Origin: Aulosira sp. ZfuVER01
GTDB lineage: Bacteria; Cyanobacteriota; Cyanobacteriia; Cyanobacteriales; Nostocaceae
NCBI GenBank assembly: GCA_034530615.2
Contig: JAVRCV020000052.1
Coordinates: 96,001 to 160,000, forward strand
DNA: 64,000 bases
Direction of reading: 5' to 3'
The position numbers and the translations under genes were made by a program. The notes under the pieces were generated by a model. It saw only the letters and a program-made list of their open reading frames with translations. It searched no databases and was not told where the DNA came from. Every line of letters begins with the position of its first letter. Position 1 is the first letter of the stretch. This document shows, piece by piece, positions 1-10,040 of this stretch.

Positions 1-145
1 GGGCTATTTTTGTACTTGCATTAGCATCTGTAGGTATCAGCTTTGGTACAGACAAGTCTGCATTATCAGAGTATTCAGCTTTTAACCTAGCACCATTGCT
101 AAAGTGAACAGGTCGGGTTATCGCAACCGGTTGATCTAAAAACAT
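1..145 (-). CDS. N-terminal part of a protein running off the window edge (MFLDQPVAITRPVHFSNG...), function unknown
   Basis: ATG at 145 on the minus strand with AGGAG about 11 nt upstream; frame open to position 1. Confidence 0.55.
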   Translation of the reverse strand, partial: MFLDQPVAITRPVHFSNGARLKAEYSDNADLSVPKLIPTDANASTKIA

Positions 146-801
146 AATTATGCGACTCCTAGGGTGTTTGAGAATTCTAGTAGCGCACTCCTGGTATGAG
201 GCAACGGAAATCTGCAAATCTCCGTGCAAAAAAAATATTCGCGATCGCTATAGATGCCTGGATAGTTGGTTTAAAGGCTAACAGCCCAATTTTTGAGCTA
301 AGTAAAGCCCTCACGCTGACGTTAAGTTGGTAAATTTTTGACAAACGATCTACGCTTGCTTGACAGGCGATTGTTTGGGTGAAATCGCTTGCTAAACCTG
401 AATTAGCTTACCATGCGTTTTTGTAACATCGGGTACAGCTATGCCACTTATAAAGCTGTCACAAGATATTGCTAATGAAAATACGAAAGGCATGGCTGTT
501 GTAATATGAGAATAAACAGAGAAAAGTAAAGTTGAGATGATAAATTAACTTTCTTTTCAATGTCATCAGAAGGTGTCGTAAATACTCACAAATTTCTCTG
601 TGTGTAATCGGAATTTATAACGTGCTGGTAATTTAGGTAGTATTTAACAGCCTACAGCAGGAGAAAACTTCCTAGAAAAAGTACCAGCTTTATCGAGTAG
701 CTATTACAGCTAGTAATAAAGCAAAGAGAGTAGATTCGGTAGCCTTCTGTATGTTCTACAGAATCAGCGATGCATCGCGCTCACCTGATGGAGGTGAAAT
801 T

Positions 802-1461
802 ATGTCTACAAAATTCCATACCCGCACGGAAGCTGGTAAGATGTTAGCCCGAGAACTGACAGCTTATACCGATTGCAAAGACTTGTTAGTTTTAGGTTTG
901 CCTCGTGGTGGTGTACCCGTCGCGTATGAAGTGGCAAAGTTACTCGGTGCAACCTTAGATATTTGTTTAGTGCGAAAACTCGGTGTACCTGGTCATAAAG
1001 AATTGGCAATGGGTGCAATCACGTCGGGAGGCATTCGTGTCTTAAATTACGATGTTATCAGTTCCTTGGGTATCACCAATCAGACGATTAACCAAGTAAC
1101 GGCGGATGAATTGCAGGAATTACAGCGTCGCGATCGCGTTTATCGTGGCGATCGCCCTCCATTAGATGTAAAAAATCGCACTGTAATTGTTGTAGATGAC
1201 GGTATTGCTACTGGCTCAACTATGCGTGCTGCCATTACTATGTTGCAACAGCAACAGCCTAAGCGTATCGTTGTTGCAGTTCCCATCGCACCGCCAGAAA
1301 CTTGTGAAGAATTAAGTAATCAGGTAGACGAAGTAGTGTGTCTAAAAATGCCAGAGCGAATGTATGCAGTAGGTGTCTGGTATGAAGACTTTTCGCAAAC
1401 TACTGATGAAGAGGTGCGTTATCTGCTTGGCAAACAGTCAGCTGTTAGCAGTCACAGTTGA
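802..1461 (+). CDS. Phosphoribosyltransferase family protein
   Basis: LGLPRGGVPVA and VIVVDDGIATG PRT motifs; GGAGG before ATG 802 favours this start over 751. Confidence 0.88.
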   Translation: MSTKFHTRTEAGKMLARELTAYTDCKDLLVLGLPRGGVPVAYEVAKLLGATLDICLVRKLGVPGHKELAMGAITSGGIRVLNYDVISSLGITNQTINQVTADELQELQRRDRVYRGDRPPLDVKNRTVIVVDDGIATGSTMRAAITMLQQQQPKRIVVAVPIAPPETCEELSNQVDEVVCLKMPERMYAVGVWYEDFSQTTDEEVRYLLGKQSAVSSHS

Positions 1462-1477
1462 GCATCCACAACGATCG

Positions 1478-2704
1478 CTACCTATTATCAGCAGCGCAGC
1501 GAAATCCTGTGAAAACCTGGCGCACGCTGGGATAATACCAGTTACGAAAACTTGGACGCAGTACCCAAGGACGAGTCGCCCAACTACCGCCTTTTAACAC
1601 GCGATGCTTTTGGTCAAAATAAACTTGCGAGTAACCTATATAAGGATAACTTTGAAACCCCTGATAGCCAGCAAACCAGGAAGCTGTCCACTCCCAGACA
1701 TTTCCTAGGGTGTCGTATAAACCATAAATACTTTGCCCGCCGGGATAAGCATCTACTGGTGTAGTTTTACCAATTAGGCGATCGCAATTACAATTCTCAA
1801 TTACTGCTTTTGCTTCTACATTCTGACTAGCCGCTTTTTCCCATTCGGCTTCTGTTGGTAGCCGCTTCCCGACAAACCTTGCGTATGCTTCAGCTTCGTA
1901 CCAACTAACACCACAAACTGGGTGATTATCCCAACTGAAATCATCTTGCCAATATAGCGGTTGTGTTACTTGCTCAGTTTGCAGCCAATTCCATCCAGCC
2001 TCTGACCAATAAGAAGAATCTTGATAACCACCTGCCTCCATAAATGCCCGATACTGCCTACAAGTAACTGGATATCTGTCAAGATAATAAGTATTTAAAT
2101 ATACTTTATATATGGGAGATTCATTATCTAGCGCATCAATAGAGTTACTACCCTGTGCAAATTCCCCGGCTGGGATTTCAATCATCTCTTCGAGATTGTC
2201 AGGTGCGGGTTGGTTTTCTCTGTCAGTGCGCAGTGACTTGTTATTCAATCGGGAAACTTTGACTAATTCCAACACCATGCTCATAATTTCGCAGTGTTGG
2301 CTTTCATGCTGAATTAAAAAGCGCCATAAACGTTCGTTTTGTTCAACATCAGCAACTTTCAGAGAATCTAGTACTTTGACTCTTACCGTATCCAAGTAAT
2401 AACGAATTTCCTCTAAATCGGGTAATTCCACACGCTTGGCTTTGGGTAAACCATCAGCCGCAAACAGCTGACGGTATTGAGGGAACAAACATGGTAAGCC
2501 TGCACTGCGTTCTAGTAGCCACAAAGATTCAGTGTAAGCAATATGTCCTAAGTGCCAGCCAACAGGACTAAAATCAGGATGCGGTTGAGCGCAAAAAGTC
2601 ATCCGATCCATACCCTCGAAGAGTGTCAGAGTTTTAGTCCGACATTCAACGAAAGCAAGAGTTATCGCCTCTCTCACACTAGATTTGCTCAAATTGGATA
2701 TCAC
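1478..2704 (-). CDS. egtB: Ergothioneine biosynthesis sulfoxide synthase EgtB (DinB_2 + FGE-sulfatase domains)
   Basis: SPVGWHLGH, QHESQH iron ligands, RLPTEAEWEKAA, GNVWEW; adjacent to egtC; start at GTG 2704 is inferred (ORF open to 2779). Confidence 0.85.
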   Translation of the reverse strand: MISNLSKSSVREAITLAFVECRTKTLTLFEGMDRMTFCAQPHPDFSPVGWHLGHIAYTESLWLLERSAGLPCLFPQYRQLFAADGLPKAKRVELPDLEEIRYYLDTVRVKVLDSLKVADVEQNERLWRFLIQHESQHCEIMSMVLELVKVSRLNNKSLRTDRENQPAPDNLEEMIEIPAGEFAQGSNSIDALDNESPIYKVYLNTYYLDRYPVTCRQYRAFMEAGGYQDSSYWSEAGWNWLQTEQVTQPLYWQDDFSWDNHPVCGVSWYEAEAYARFVGKRLPTEAEWEKAASQNVEAKAVIENCNCDRLIGKTTPVDAYPGGQSIYGLYDTLGNVWEWTASWFAGYQGFQSYPYIGYSQVYFDQKHRVLKGGSWATRPWVLRPSFRNWYYPSVRQVFTGFRCAADNR

Positions 2705-3467
2705 AGTCCACTCCCACACTGATGATGCTATTTTCTTGGACATCTGTCCAATTACCTGTAAATAGTGGTTCAGATGCAATAATTACTGCTCCGGGAAAAG
2801 TTGGATCGTCCCGCAACCAGTAAAGAGACGGAGCAGGCGATTTTGTACTAAAGCGACAAGCAATTAAGCGATCGCCATCACTAATTACCATATTGGCGGA
2901 AACATCAGCTTGATATTCTTCTGCCCATTCCCTCAACTGAAGTAATGTAATATGCAAAGCCTGCTCTACACTCTTACCAGGGTTAGCTTGTAAATGCTGG
3001 AGCAGTAAAGCAAAGATATGTTCCGAATCTGTACTTCCCTGAATGAATTGGTAAATTTCATCACTGAGTTGATTGCGAATCGGTCTGTATAGCGTCTGAC
3101 GGAACTTTTCAATCCGGCCATTGTGAGTAAACAACAAACGCTGATACTGAAATGGCTGAGAATTACTAAAATCTAAAGCTTGTCCTGGTGTAGCACTACG
3201 AACATAGGCTAATATTTGCCCCGATTCGACATAACGGCTGAGACTTGGCAGATTTTGGTCATTCCAAATCGGCAAGGTATTTTTGTAAATAAAGGGTTCG
3301 GTATCTTTTTGCGGATGATACCAACCCATACCAAAACCATCAGCGTTCACCACTCCCGAAAGCATTTCGCGAGGTTGATAACTCTGCACAATCAAGGAAT
3401 GTTCTGGTGTGTACAGTAGATGTTCTAAAGACACAGGTGAACCGAGGTAAGCAAGTAAACGGCACAT
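2679..3467 (-). CDS. egtC: Ergothioneine biosynthesis amidohydrolase EgtC (Ntn/GATase_4)
   Basis: N-terminal MCRLLAY nucleophile Cys, NADGFG, THNG, GSTDSE motifs. Confidence 0.9.
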   Translation of the reverse strand: MCRLLAYLGSPVSLEHLLYTPEHSLIVQSYQPREMLSGVVNADGFGMGWYHPQKDTEPFIYKNTLPIWNDQNLPSLSRYVESGQILAYVRSATPGQALDFSNSQPFQYQRLLFTHNGRIEKFRQTLYRPIRNQLSDEIYQFIQGSTDSEHIFALLLQHLQANPGKSVEQALHITLLQLREWAEEYQADVSANMVISDGDRLIACRFSTKSPAPSLYWLRDDPTFPGAVIIASEPLFTGNWTDVQENSIISVGVDCDIQFEQI

Positions 3468-3494
3468 AAATTAATTAGAATTTGGGATTGCTGA

Positions 3495-3989
3495 CTAGCT
3501 AGCAATAAACTTCAAAGCCACACCATTCATGCAATAGCGCTTACCAGTAGGTGCAGGGCCGTCGTTAAATACATGACCTAGGTGTCCACCACAACGATGA
3601 CAATGGACTTCAACTCTAGTCATAAAGAATGACTTGTCTACAGTTGTACCGATAGCTTCTTCCAGAGGTGCATAAAAACTCGGCCAGCCTGTACCACTGT
3701 TGAATTTAGTATCTGAAGAAAATAGAGGTAAATCGCATCCAGCACATACGTAAGTTCCCTGAGAATATTGCTTATCTAAAGGACTAGTACCAGCGCGTTC
3801 GGTGCCATGTTTACGCAGAACATGAAACTGTTCTGGTGTCAAGGTTTTGCGCCATTCTTCTTCAGTTTTGCTGATTTCAAATTCATTCTTTGCAGTTGCC
3901 ATAACTTCTGGTTTCCTTGTGAAATATTGTGATAAAAATGCTGTGCCAACTATGACTGCACTAGCTTCTAAAAGATACCGTCTGTTCAT
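3495..3989 (-). CDS. msrB: Peptide methionine-R-sulfoxide reductase MsrB with Tat-like N-terminal leader
   Basis: GTGWPSF, GHLGHVF, RYCMN, two CxxC; N-terminal NRRYLL followed by a hydrophobic stretch. Confidence 0.93.
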   Translation of the reverse strand: MNRRYLLEASAVIVGTAFLSQYFTRKPEVMATAKNEFEISKTEEEWRKTLTPEQFHVLRKHGTERAGTSPLDKQYSQGTYVCAGCDLPLFSSDTKFNSGTGWPSFYAPLEEAIGTTVDKSFFMTRVEVHCHRCGGHLGHVFNDGPAPTGKRYCMNGVALKFIAS

Positions 3990-4430
3990 TATCTAGTTGC
4001 CATTTACCTTGCTGATTCGCCATTATGAGCGATCGCTCTGAATTAGCCGTGATAGCAAGATTAAAATCATCTAAGAATCATTGAGATAGGTGCTATCAAC
4101 CGCTGATTGCAGGTCATCGGCTGCAAAATAGAATCGTTGAGCCGGAAAATAAATGCTGTTGTAGTCGCGGATAATTAATTCTGCTGGCAAATCCTCCTGG
4201 TTTCTGTTTAACGCTCTTTTTAAAGCTGTTACAAAACTACATTCACTCTAATAAATTATCGCTCCTGTAATCAAATCATTTGGGGTGGTGATTCCTGTAC
4301 CGCACTAGGTAGGGGTTTGGGTGAAGGGATTAGCAAACTGTCCGGTAAGTACGGTTGTCAGATTAATTGAGCGATTCTTCCTGAGGGGATGGGTCAGCAT
4401 TTGGAACAGATCGTCAAAGCAAATGGCAAG

Positions 4431-4485
4431 GAGTATATAGCTTGTTTGATGGGAGAGGTTAAAGATATATCGACCAATGATTTGG
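4431..4485 (+). pseudogene. Possible frameshifted 3' remnant of cas1
   Basis: Reads EYIACLMGEVK / (1-nt shift) IYRPMIW, which resembles my recollection of cyanobacterial type III (RT-)Cas1 C-termini; lies just upstream of the array leader. Confidence 0.45.
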
Positions 4486-4559
4486 CAACCTGAATCGAGA
4501 GATTGCATTATGTCGGTTGCTATGATACTGTTTATACCAACATCTGCACCTTAAAAATT

Positions 4560-4823
4560 TAATAAATACGTATTATTGACTGGTAGCCTAATGCTTAGTT
4601 TCCTCAAGCTATTTTGTTAAGAAATGTAAACTGAGGGGGTTGTCCAAAAGCCCAAAGGCTGATTGTTTCGTAGGCCCCCTCAGGTGGCTTATTGTATAAG
4701 GGTTTGAGTTACTTGGAGAATGTAGTTATTCTCAATAACTGCCGTCTGTTGACAAGTAAAATCTACCCCCCTCAGTTTTACAGGTCTGTAAGCCTTATTT
4801 GGTAAGCTTTCTGTAAGAGTAGG
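4560..4823 (+). promoter_or_regulatory. CRISPR leader of array 1
   Basis: Non-coding region abutting the first perfect repeat; contains inverted motifs AACTGAGGGGG (~4629) and CCCCCTCAGTT (~4766). Confidence 0.65.
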
Positions 4824-5728
4824 GTTTTAAATCTCTTACCCCTCACGGGGATGGAAACTACACCTTGTCTAACAGCTGTTATACAACCCTCTTCTGTTTT
4901 AAATCTCTTACCCCTCACGGGGATGGAAACGTTAGAACTTCCCGGTAATGTATGAGCGTAACATGTTTTAAATCTCTTACCCCTCACGGGGATGGAAACT
5001 GTACTTCATACCACCAATGTATACCATATTACCAAGTGTAGCGTTTTAAATCTCTTACCCCTCACGGGGATGGAAACTGTCGCGGCTCTTCCTTCATACC
5101 CTCGCAATGCATCCAGTTTTAAATCTCTTACCCCTCACGGGGATGGAAACTGCTCAACCGTCACATCTTTGCCGAAGATAGCTCTGGCAAATGTTTTAAA
5201 TCTCTTACCCCTCACGGGGATGGAAACAGATAATCTTGTAGATAATCATTTTCGATTAAGAGAGGTTTTAAATCATTCAGAAAGACAGGCCTTACTCACG
5301 CCTATAAAAATGATAATCATTTTCGATTAAGAGAGGTTTTAAATCTCTTACCCCTCACGGGGATGGAAACGCTTGGTCTCAGGTCGAGGATTAGGCTTGG
5401 TGTGATGAGTTTTAAATCTCTTACCCCTCACGGGGATGGAAACGTTACTAGGAGCTTGCAAATAGGCTTCGGCAATTTGTTTTAAATCTCTTACCCCTCA
5501 CGGGGATGGAAACGTCTTACAAAACTTGAGTATCTTTGCTTGAAATCTAGTTTTAAATCTCTTACCCCTCACGGGGATGGAAACTTAAAGCTAAAGGAGA
5601 ATCAGAACCAGAGGCCAAGCTTCCAGTTTTAAATCTCTTACCCCTCACGGGGATGGAAACCTTCCGACACGACCAGGAATGGACGCGGGAACTGTTTTAA
5701 ATCTCTTACCCCTCACGGGGATGTAAAA
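4824..5728 (+). CRISPR. CRISPR array 1: 12 repeats of 35 nt GTTTTAAATCTCTTACCCCTCACGGGGATGGAAAC
   Basis: Repeats start at 4824, 4896, 4965, 5043, 5116, 5193, 5336, 5409, 5479, 5550, 5626 and 5694 (last one degenerate); spacers 33-43 nt; one anomalous 108-nt interval at 5228-5335. Confidence 0.98.
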
Positions 5729-5838
5729 AGTTGAAAGTAGGTTGCGATCGCATTTGAAAAGTTGGCGTTGCATAAATGCGCGATCGCTCAATTATGTAAC
5801 CAAAGAATTATACTTTTTTGGTACATGAGGATTTTGAT

Positions 5839-6243
5839 ATGTCGCCCTGGACTAGTCTCATAACTGCTCTAACACTACTGCTGTACTTGGTCATCACCAT
5901 TAATGTTGGTCGAGCCAGAGCCAAATATAAAGTACTACCTCCCCAAATGACAGGAGATCCTGACTTTGAACGAGTGCTGCGCGTTCAGCAAAATACCCTA
6001 GAGCAAATAATTTTCTTCCTACCTGCTTTATGGTTATTTTCTTTTTACGTCAACCCGTTGTGGGGGGCGTTTATTGGTGCTATCTGGCTGCTGGGAAGAA
6101 TCGCCTACGCTTGGGGATATTATCAAGCGGCGGAAAAGCGGGCAGTTGGCTTTGGTATTAGTTCTATTAGCGGTATAGTGCTACTTTTAGGTTCTCTCGT
6201 TGGGATCATCTTGTCTCTGGTGCAGCCATTAAGTCATGCTTAG
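5839..6243 (+). CDS. MAPEG family membrane protein
   Basis: VGRARAKY, FERVLRVQQNTLE, GRIAYAWGY motifs; GAGG before ATG 5839. Confidence 0.88.
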   Translation: MSPWTSLITALTLLLYLVITINVGRARAKYKVLPPQMTGDPDFERVLRVQQNTLEQIIFFLPALWLFSFYVNPLWGAFIGAIWLLGRIAYAWGYYQAAEKRAVGFGISSISGIVLLLGSLVGIILSLVQPLSHA

Positions 6244-6376
6244 AAGCGATCGCTATTGTTATACCAATTCCCGAAAATCCTGATACAGATAGATTGTTCG
6301 TGAATTGCTATCAGCAGATGCTCCTCTAAATATTCAACTTTGCGTTGGGGCATCTCGTCTAGTCTCAATAAAGCTC

Positions 6377-6477
6377 ATACCATTTTGGATTTTGGATTTT
6401 AGATTTTGGATTGTAAAAGATTGATTGACCAAGCTTTTGGGCGCTCCATCTGTCGCAATCATTTTTCAAATTGGTAT
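6377..6477. repeat. MITE-like element containing TTTTGGA heptamers; related inverted copy at 9932-10015
   Basis: Ends ATACCATTTT...AAATTGGTAT; its reverse complement matches ATACCAATTTGAAAAATGATT at 9932. Confidence 0.6.
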
Positions 6478-6523
6478 CAGTTAATCTCCGACGGGATACT
6501 GGGAGCCACGAACAAGCCCACAC

Positions 6524-7681
6524 TCACTGCTTGCGGGAGTGTGGGAGTATCTCACGAATCGACCCTTCAATCCCCTCAACATACCAATCCATTTCTAGTT
6601 GTGCTTTATTATCCAGTATTTTACCCTTGGGTACTCGGACTACTCCCTTTTGGTCTTTTACTGGGCCATCGAAAGGATTGGCAGTACCTTGAATAAACTG
6701 TTCTCGTTTGGTGTTGACTAATTGCTGAACATCGCTAGGAATCACTGGATTCATCGGGGAAATATCTACCATCCCTTGAGCAATACCATGCCAAACAGCT
6801 TGTGACTTCCATGTGTTGTTAATAACAGCCAAAGCTGTATCTATATAAAATTTTCCCCATTTATTAATTGCTGATGTCAGGTGTGCTTGGGCACCAAACC
6901 TACTCATATCGGTATTGTAGCCGAAAGCATAAATACCTTTTTCTGCTGCCAGTTGAATAGCCGCCGCAGAGTTAGTATGTTGGGTTAGCACATCTGCACC
7001 TAAATTAATCAAAGCTTGGGCGGCTTCCCTTTCTTTGGCAGGATCGTACCAATTTTTTACCCACATCACCCTAACTTTGGCCTGAGGATTTGTTGTCCGC
7101 AGTCCTTGAGTAAATGCGTTGATACCGCGAATTACTTCTGGGATGGGATGTGATCCAATAAAACCAATGACATTAGATTTGGTCATCTTGCCTGCAATTA
7201 TGCCGGTTAAATAGTGCGGTTCTTCAAAGCGTCCTGAATAAGTACCGACATTGGCAGCAAGTGTGTATCCTGTACAATTTTCAAAAAAAACATTAGGAAA
7301 ATCTTTGGCAACTTTAATTGTGGGGTTTATGTAGTCAAAGGCAGTAGTAAAAATTAATTTATTCCCGTCTAATGCTAGTTGCCGAATCACCCTCTCAGCA
7401 TCAACACCTGCATTAACATTTTCCACAAAGGTAGTTTTTACCTTATCTTGGAGATTCGCTTCCATTTCTCTGCGACCTAAATCATGAGAGTAAGTCCAGC
7501 CAAAATCACCGACAGGCCCCGCATACACAAACCCCACTTTTAGCGGTTCGTTGACTACTACAGGGGAAGCTGTTGGCACTACTTCGCTTTGAGATTTGGG
7601 ATTTTTACCTTGAATACAACTATTCAAGGCAAAGCTAGATCCTGCTAAAGTCGCATACTTGAGAAAATTCCGACGATCCAT
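6524..7681 (-). CDS. BMP family ABC transporter substrate-binding lipoprotein (purine/nucleoside type)
   Basis: Tat motif DRRNFLK, lipobox-like LNSC, VGFVYAGPVGDFGWTYSH, WYVEGIEG. Confidence 0.88.
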   Translation of the reverse strand: MDRRNFLKYATLAGSSFALNSCIQGKNPKSQSEVVPTASPVVVNEPLKVGFVYAGPVGDFGWTYSHDLGRREMEANLQDKVKTTFVENVNAGVDAERVIRQLALDGNKLIFTTAFDYINPTIKVAKDFPNVFFENCTGYTLAANVGTYSGRFEEPHYLTGIIAGKMTKSNVIGFIGSHPIPEVIRGINAFTQGLRTTNPQAKVRVMWVKNWYDPAKEREAAQALINLGADVLTQHTNSAAAIQLAAEKGIYAFGYNTDMSRFGAQAHLTSAINKWGKFYIDTALAVINNTWKSQAVWHGIAQGMVDISPMNPVIPSDVQQLVNTKREQFIQGTANPFDGPVKDQKGVVRVPKGKILDNKAQLEMDWYVEGIEGSIREILPHSRKQ

Positions 7682-7955
7682 TGTTAAGCGATTTAAAATT
7701 CAACAACAGTCAAGAGGTATTTGATTACTGATAACGGTAGACTTAGCCTAGTACCGCTTTGCGGAATTTAATGATTTACTGATAATAGCAATTCTCTACT
7801 AGAGTAAGCGATCGCATCTTCATCTCTTAACTCTGAAGAATGGCTCTCTGCGCCGGAATTTCTAAAGAAAATCTAATGTAGCAAATTGTGCCAGCTACAA
7901 AACCGGATAATGCATTAGGATTTGTCAAACTATCAACCTTAAAGCATTTATACCT

Positions 7956-8534
7956 ATGACATATACACCGAAAATTCTGGCCTTTGCTGGCAGTACTCGC
8001 GTAGATTCTTACAACAAAAAATTGGCTAAAATTGCCGCGAATGGTGCTAGGTCAGCAGGTGCGGAAGTCACTTATTTAGATCTGCGCGATTTACCCATGC
8101 CTCTTTTCGATGAGGATCTCGAAAAGCAACAAGGACAACCTGAAAACGCAGGTAAATTTAAAGAATTGTTACTTTCGCATCAAGGGTTCTTGATTGCTTC
8201 GCCTGAATATAACAGTTCAATTTCCGCAGTTTTGAAAAATGCGATCGATTGGGCATCTCGTCCCGCGCCAAACGAACCGCCTCTAGCAGCTTTTACAGGC
8301 AAAGTGGCTGCGCTGATGAGTGCTTCCCCTGGCGCACTAGGTGGTTTGCGGGGATTGGTTCATCTGCGCAGTATTTTAGGAAACATCAGAGTTTTAGTGC
8401 TTCCCGATCAAATAGCTGTCTCCAAAGCTTACGAAGCTTTCAATGCTGACGATTCATTAAAAGATGAAAAGCAACAGCAATCTATTGAAAAACTGGGTGA
8501 AAGTTTAGCCACAATTTTAGCAAAGCTTAACTAA
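7956..8534 (+). CDS. NADPH-dependent FMN reductase (ChrR/SsuE-like)
   Basis: AFAGSTR, SPEYNSS, LKNAIDW, SPGALGG motifs. Confidence 0.9.
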   Translation: MTYTPKILAFAGSTRVDSYNKKLAKIAANGARSAGAEVTYLDLRDLPMPLFDEDLEKQQGQPENAGKFKELLLSHQGFLIASPEYNSSISAVLKNAIDWASRPAPNEPPLAAFTGKVAALMSASPGALGGLRGLVHLRSILGNIRVLVLPDQIAVSKAYEAFNADDSLKDEKQQQSIEKLGESLATILAKLN

Positions 8535-8539
8535 ACTTT

Positions 8540-8911
8540 TCAGCGATTAATTAAATAGCGAGCACCTAGGAGTAGCAAAAAGATACCATACAATTTTTTC
8601 ATGGTCTCGCTGCTAATAAACGGCTGATTTGCAAACAATGCTCCAAATAAATTACCCACTACTAAACCAACTGCAATAATCACAGCATATTTGATATTCA
8701 GCTGACCATTGCGATAGTAAACTGCGGCTCCTAAAATCCCAATTGGTAATATTTGTGCAGCAATGGAAGTACCTGTGGCAAACTTCTGATCTAGACCCAT
8801 AAGTAAGACCATTGCTGGCACCATTATTGCTCCGCCACCAATACCAAACATTCCGCCAGCGACACCAGCAACTAAACCAATTAGTAACAGTTGAACGAGA
8901 ATATTAGACAT
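8540..8911 (-). CDS. TauE/SafE sulfite exporter family protein (short form)
   Basis: GGMFGIGGGAIMVP motif, hydrophobic helices. Confidence 0.82.
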   Translation of the reverse strand: MSNILVQLLLIGLVAGVAGGMFGIGGGAIMVPAMVLLMGLDQKFATGTSIAAQILPIGILGAAVYYRNGQLNIKYAVIIAVGLVVGNLFGALFANQPFISSETMKKLYGIFLLLLGARYLINR

Positions 8912-8917
8912 AAGAAG

Positions 8918-9883
8918 TTACAAACTAATTGTCCCAGACAAAATTGATTTAGGCAGCATACCATGAACTCCTTTTTGGGGACTGTTCACAACTTGGGTAA
9001 TCCGAAAATTTACTGCTAAACTACACAGCACATAAGCATCTTCTGGCGATAAATGTGTGAAGCGTTCTAGAAAATCAATCATATTTTTTAAGGCTTTTTC
9101 TAAGGCTTCATCTAAGGTTTTACCAAAGCCCATAGTTATGATATCGGTAGGAGTTTCAGCGATTGGTGTTGTTAAATGTAAATCTTTACGAACCTTCAGT
9201 TTAATTGAACCGTTCATAGAAGTTTCAATAGCAGTGACATTCACTTCACCATCTCCTTGTGCTGCATGACCATCACCAACAGAAAATAATGCACCGGGAA
9301 TAAAAATCGGCAAAAATAAGCGAGAACCTGCTTGTAATTCTCGGTTATCAATATTACCCCCATAACTACCAGGAGGAATAGAAGTGCGAGATAGTTCTGG
9401 AGTAGCAACACCAAGGATACCAAAAAATGGTTTGAGGGGAATTTTGATGCCAGTACCTTGAGGAAATTCAGCAATCTTGTTTTCTAAATCGAGGGGAATA
9501 AATCTTAAGGCTGGTTGATGAAATCTTTCTGGTAAAGCTCCCCAACCTGCACGAATTGCATTGAAACCTACAGGTAAACTTGGTGCGATCGCTTTTAATT
9601 GTACTTCCAAAACATCTGCTGGTTCCGCACCCCGCACATAAATTGGCCCTGTTAGCAAATGCGGCCCCCCGGCAATTTTACGTTCTGAGGATAAATTTTG
9701 GCAGATATCCAGAAATTCTGGGTTAACAAACTCAGGTGGTGCTTTATCGTACACATAATAACCACTGTAAGTTTCTACCTCAACGGTGTCACCAGAATCA
9801 ACAGTTAACACAGGTGATAGCAAGTGCGAAAAACCACCGAGATGAACTGTTTCTTTGGTTGCTTTTAAAATGTGATGGGTCAT
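8918..9883 (-). CDS. Acetamidase/formamidase family protein
   Basis: HLLTGPIYV, GGNIDN, GDGHAAQGDGEV motifs. Confidence 0.9.
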   Translation of the reverse strand: MTHHILKATKETVHLGGFSHLLSPVLTVDSGDTVEVETYSGYYVYDKAPPEFVNPEFLDICQNLSSERKIAGGPHLLTGPIYVRGAEPADVLEVQLKAIAPSLPVGFNAIRAGWGALPERFHQPALRFIPLDLENKIAEFPQGTGIKIPLKPFFGILGVATPELSRTSIPPGSYGGNIDNRELQAGSRLFLPIFIPGALFSVGDGHAAQGDGEVNVTAIETSMNGSIKLKVRKDLHLTTPIAETPTDIITMGFGKTLDEALEKALKNMIDFLERFTHLSPEDAYVLCSLAVNFRITQVVNSPQKGVHGMLPKSILSGTISL

Positions 9884-10040
9884 CTGAGCATCATTCTGAT
9901 TTAGCAGTATTAGTGCAATTTAATATACTTAATACCAATTTGAAAAATGATTATGTCAGATGAATTCACACCAAGCCAGACCAAGAGAGTGATTCCCAAC
10001 CCCAAATCTAAAATAGGAATTGTGATTGGCTCAAATGAAT

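Noticed and set aside
1478..2704. FGE-sulfatase (CLec-fold) domain as a DGR target
   Set aside because: DinB-type His ligands and the adjacent egtC identify it as EgtB; no second copy of the 3' end was seen.
5307..5323. Fur-box-like palindrome AAAATGAT-A-ATCATTTT inside array 1
   Set aside because: It arises at the insertion junction, with only 5 nt contributed by the insert, and is not in a promoter context; likely chance.
4778..5330. ORFs 4778-4987, 4992-5330 (and 10250-10516)
   Set aside because: These are translations of CRISPR repeat-spacer units.
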